DNA of 38,485 nt, from assembly GCA_964510625.1 (NCBI GenBank), contig CAZEBD010000003.1, forward strand, positions 1 through 38,485. Reading direction: 5' to 3'. Made by a program: the position numbers and the translations under genes. The first letter of the stretch is position 1. Every line of letters begins with the position of its first letter. The DNA comes from an uncultured Planctomycetales bacterium. GTDB lineage: Bacteria; Omnitrophota; Gorgyraeia; Gygaellales; Profunditerraquicolaceae. The notes beneath the pieces are model-generated. The model was not told where the DNA came from. It ran no database searches and saw nothing but the letters and a program-made list of their open reading frames with translations. Positions 38,095 through 38,485 of the stretch are shown here, in pieces.

Positions 38095-38485
38095 ATGAGA
38101 CGACTCGGCTTTAAGTATTTTTTCTTGGTAAGCTTATGTTTGTTTAATTGCACCGGCTGCCTGTCGGTTCCTAATAGCCCTTCTCCGAAATTTTATACTT
38201 TACAGCTATCCGGTAAAGCCGCAGAGGCTAAGAAGTATGACCTGCCCGCCAAACTGATTATCGGGGTGGGGCCGGTGCAGATTCCGGAATACCATAACCG
38301 GCCGCAGATTGTTACCGCTGATAATAACGGCATGCTTACCTTTGCTCAATTCCAGCGCTGGGGTGAGCCGTTAGATTCAGGTATGGAGCGTTTAATCTTA
38401 GAGAATCTTTCATTAATGCTTCCGCAGGCGGATTTTCAGATCTTCCCCTGTAATTTTTCTATACCTCTGGATTATCAGGTAATCG
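38095..38485 (+). CDS. PqiC/YmbA-like (ABC-type transport auxiliary component) lipoprotein, 3' end outside window
   Basis: Translated by hand as MRRLGFKYFFLVSLCLFNCTGCLSVPNSPSPKFYTL...VQIPEYHNRPQIVT...FAQFQRWGEPLDSGMERLILENL. It has a signal peptide with a Cys-containing lipobox-like end and the RW.EPL motif typical of this family. It sits directly after mlaD. Confidence 0.6.
   Translation, partial: MRRLGFKYFFLVSLCLFNCTGCLSVPNSPSPKFYTLQLSGKAAEAKKYDLPAKLIIGVGPVQIPEYHNRPQIVTADNNGMLTFAQFQRWGEPLDSGMERLILENLSLMLPQADFQIFPCNFSIPLDYQVI

Noticed and set aside
1-38485. Mobile elements, prophage, defence systems or toxin-antitoxin pairs
   Set aside because: I recognised no integrase, transposase, recombinase, terminal inverted repeats, restriction-modification enzymes, Cas, or other nuclease/helicase defence signatures. 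The methyltransferases are small class I enzymes without DNA-methyltransferase motifs.

Overview
38.5-kb window in which every credible gene (about 50) is on the + strand. Genes are mostly 0-15 nt apart or overlap (ATGA and 8-nt overlaps), so the window looks like a few very long operons. I saw no rRNA, tRNA, CRISPR array, transposase or integrase. All minus-strand ORFs in the track look like shadows of + strand genes. The gene content suggests an anaerobic diderm bacterium, probably an uncultivated lineage: NifX/orange-protein-like proteins, MinD-type ATPases with ferredoxin inserts, a CoADR/NSR-type flavoprotein, radical SAM and DsrE-like proteins, plus an outer-membrane barrel and Mla genes. 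An Omnitrophota-like origin is only a guess. Blocks: (1) 1-3522: hflK (partial), hflC, an MscS channel and a GT4 glycosyltransferase. (2) 3728-4895: a Fur-family regulator with a near-consensus promoter and probably leaderless mRNA, a Zur-box-like inverted repeat, a QueD/PTPS-like gene and a strong terminator. (3) 4930-6309: a small exported protein plus an alpha/beta hydrolase. (4) 6403-21667: a second Fur regulator, then a perfect 7-1-7 Fur-box palindrome in front of a ~14.6-kb metal/Fe-S island. The island holds two DUF5320-type genes (three copies of the motif), 2x NifX/ORP-like, an unlisted 37-aa ferredoxin, an orphan encapsulated-ferritin-like protein, 2 tandem methyltransferases, 2x MinD-ferredoxin ATPases, a CoA-binding protein plus CoADR, IscU-like, ApbC, radical SAM, DUF89, def, Rrf2, thioredoxin, a J-protein, ZIP, MBL and DsrE-like. 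(5) 21745-29411: a K+/H+ antiporter, an NMO-like flavoenzyme and a putative synthase-dependent polysaccharide module (epimerase, YaiO-like barrel, HEAT-repeat protein, processive GT2, CruF-like membrane protein). (6) 29435-38485: one tightly packed operon. It contains a 3xPAS protein with no output domain, a frameshifted cheD, an 8-TM protein carrying tandem glutamine-rich repeats that fit the chemoreceptor deamidation/methylation consensus, a MacB/FtsX-type ABC pair, an exported protein, an orphan TM-Cache-TM protein, and STAS-MlaE, MlaF, MlaD and a PqiC-like lipoprotein. The CheD-centred sensor module and the Fur-box-controlled ORP-like island are my best candidates for undescribed biology. 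All functional calls come from motif recognition by eye; no database search or folding computation was possible.
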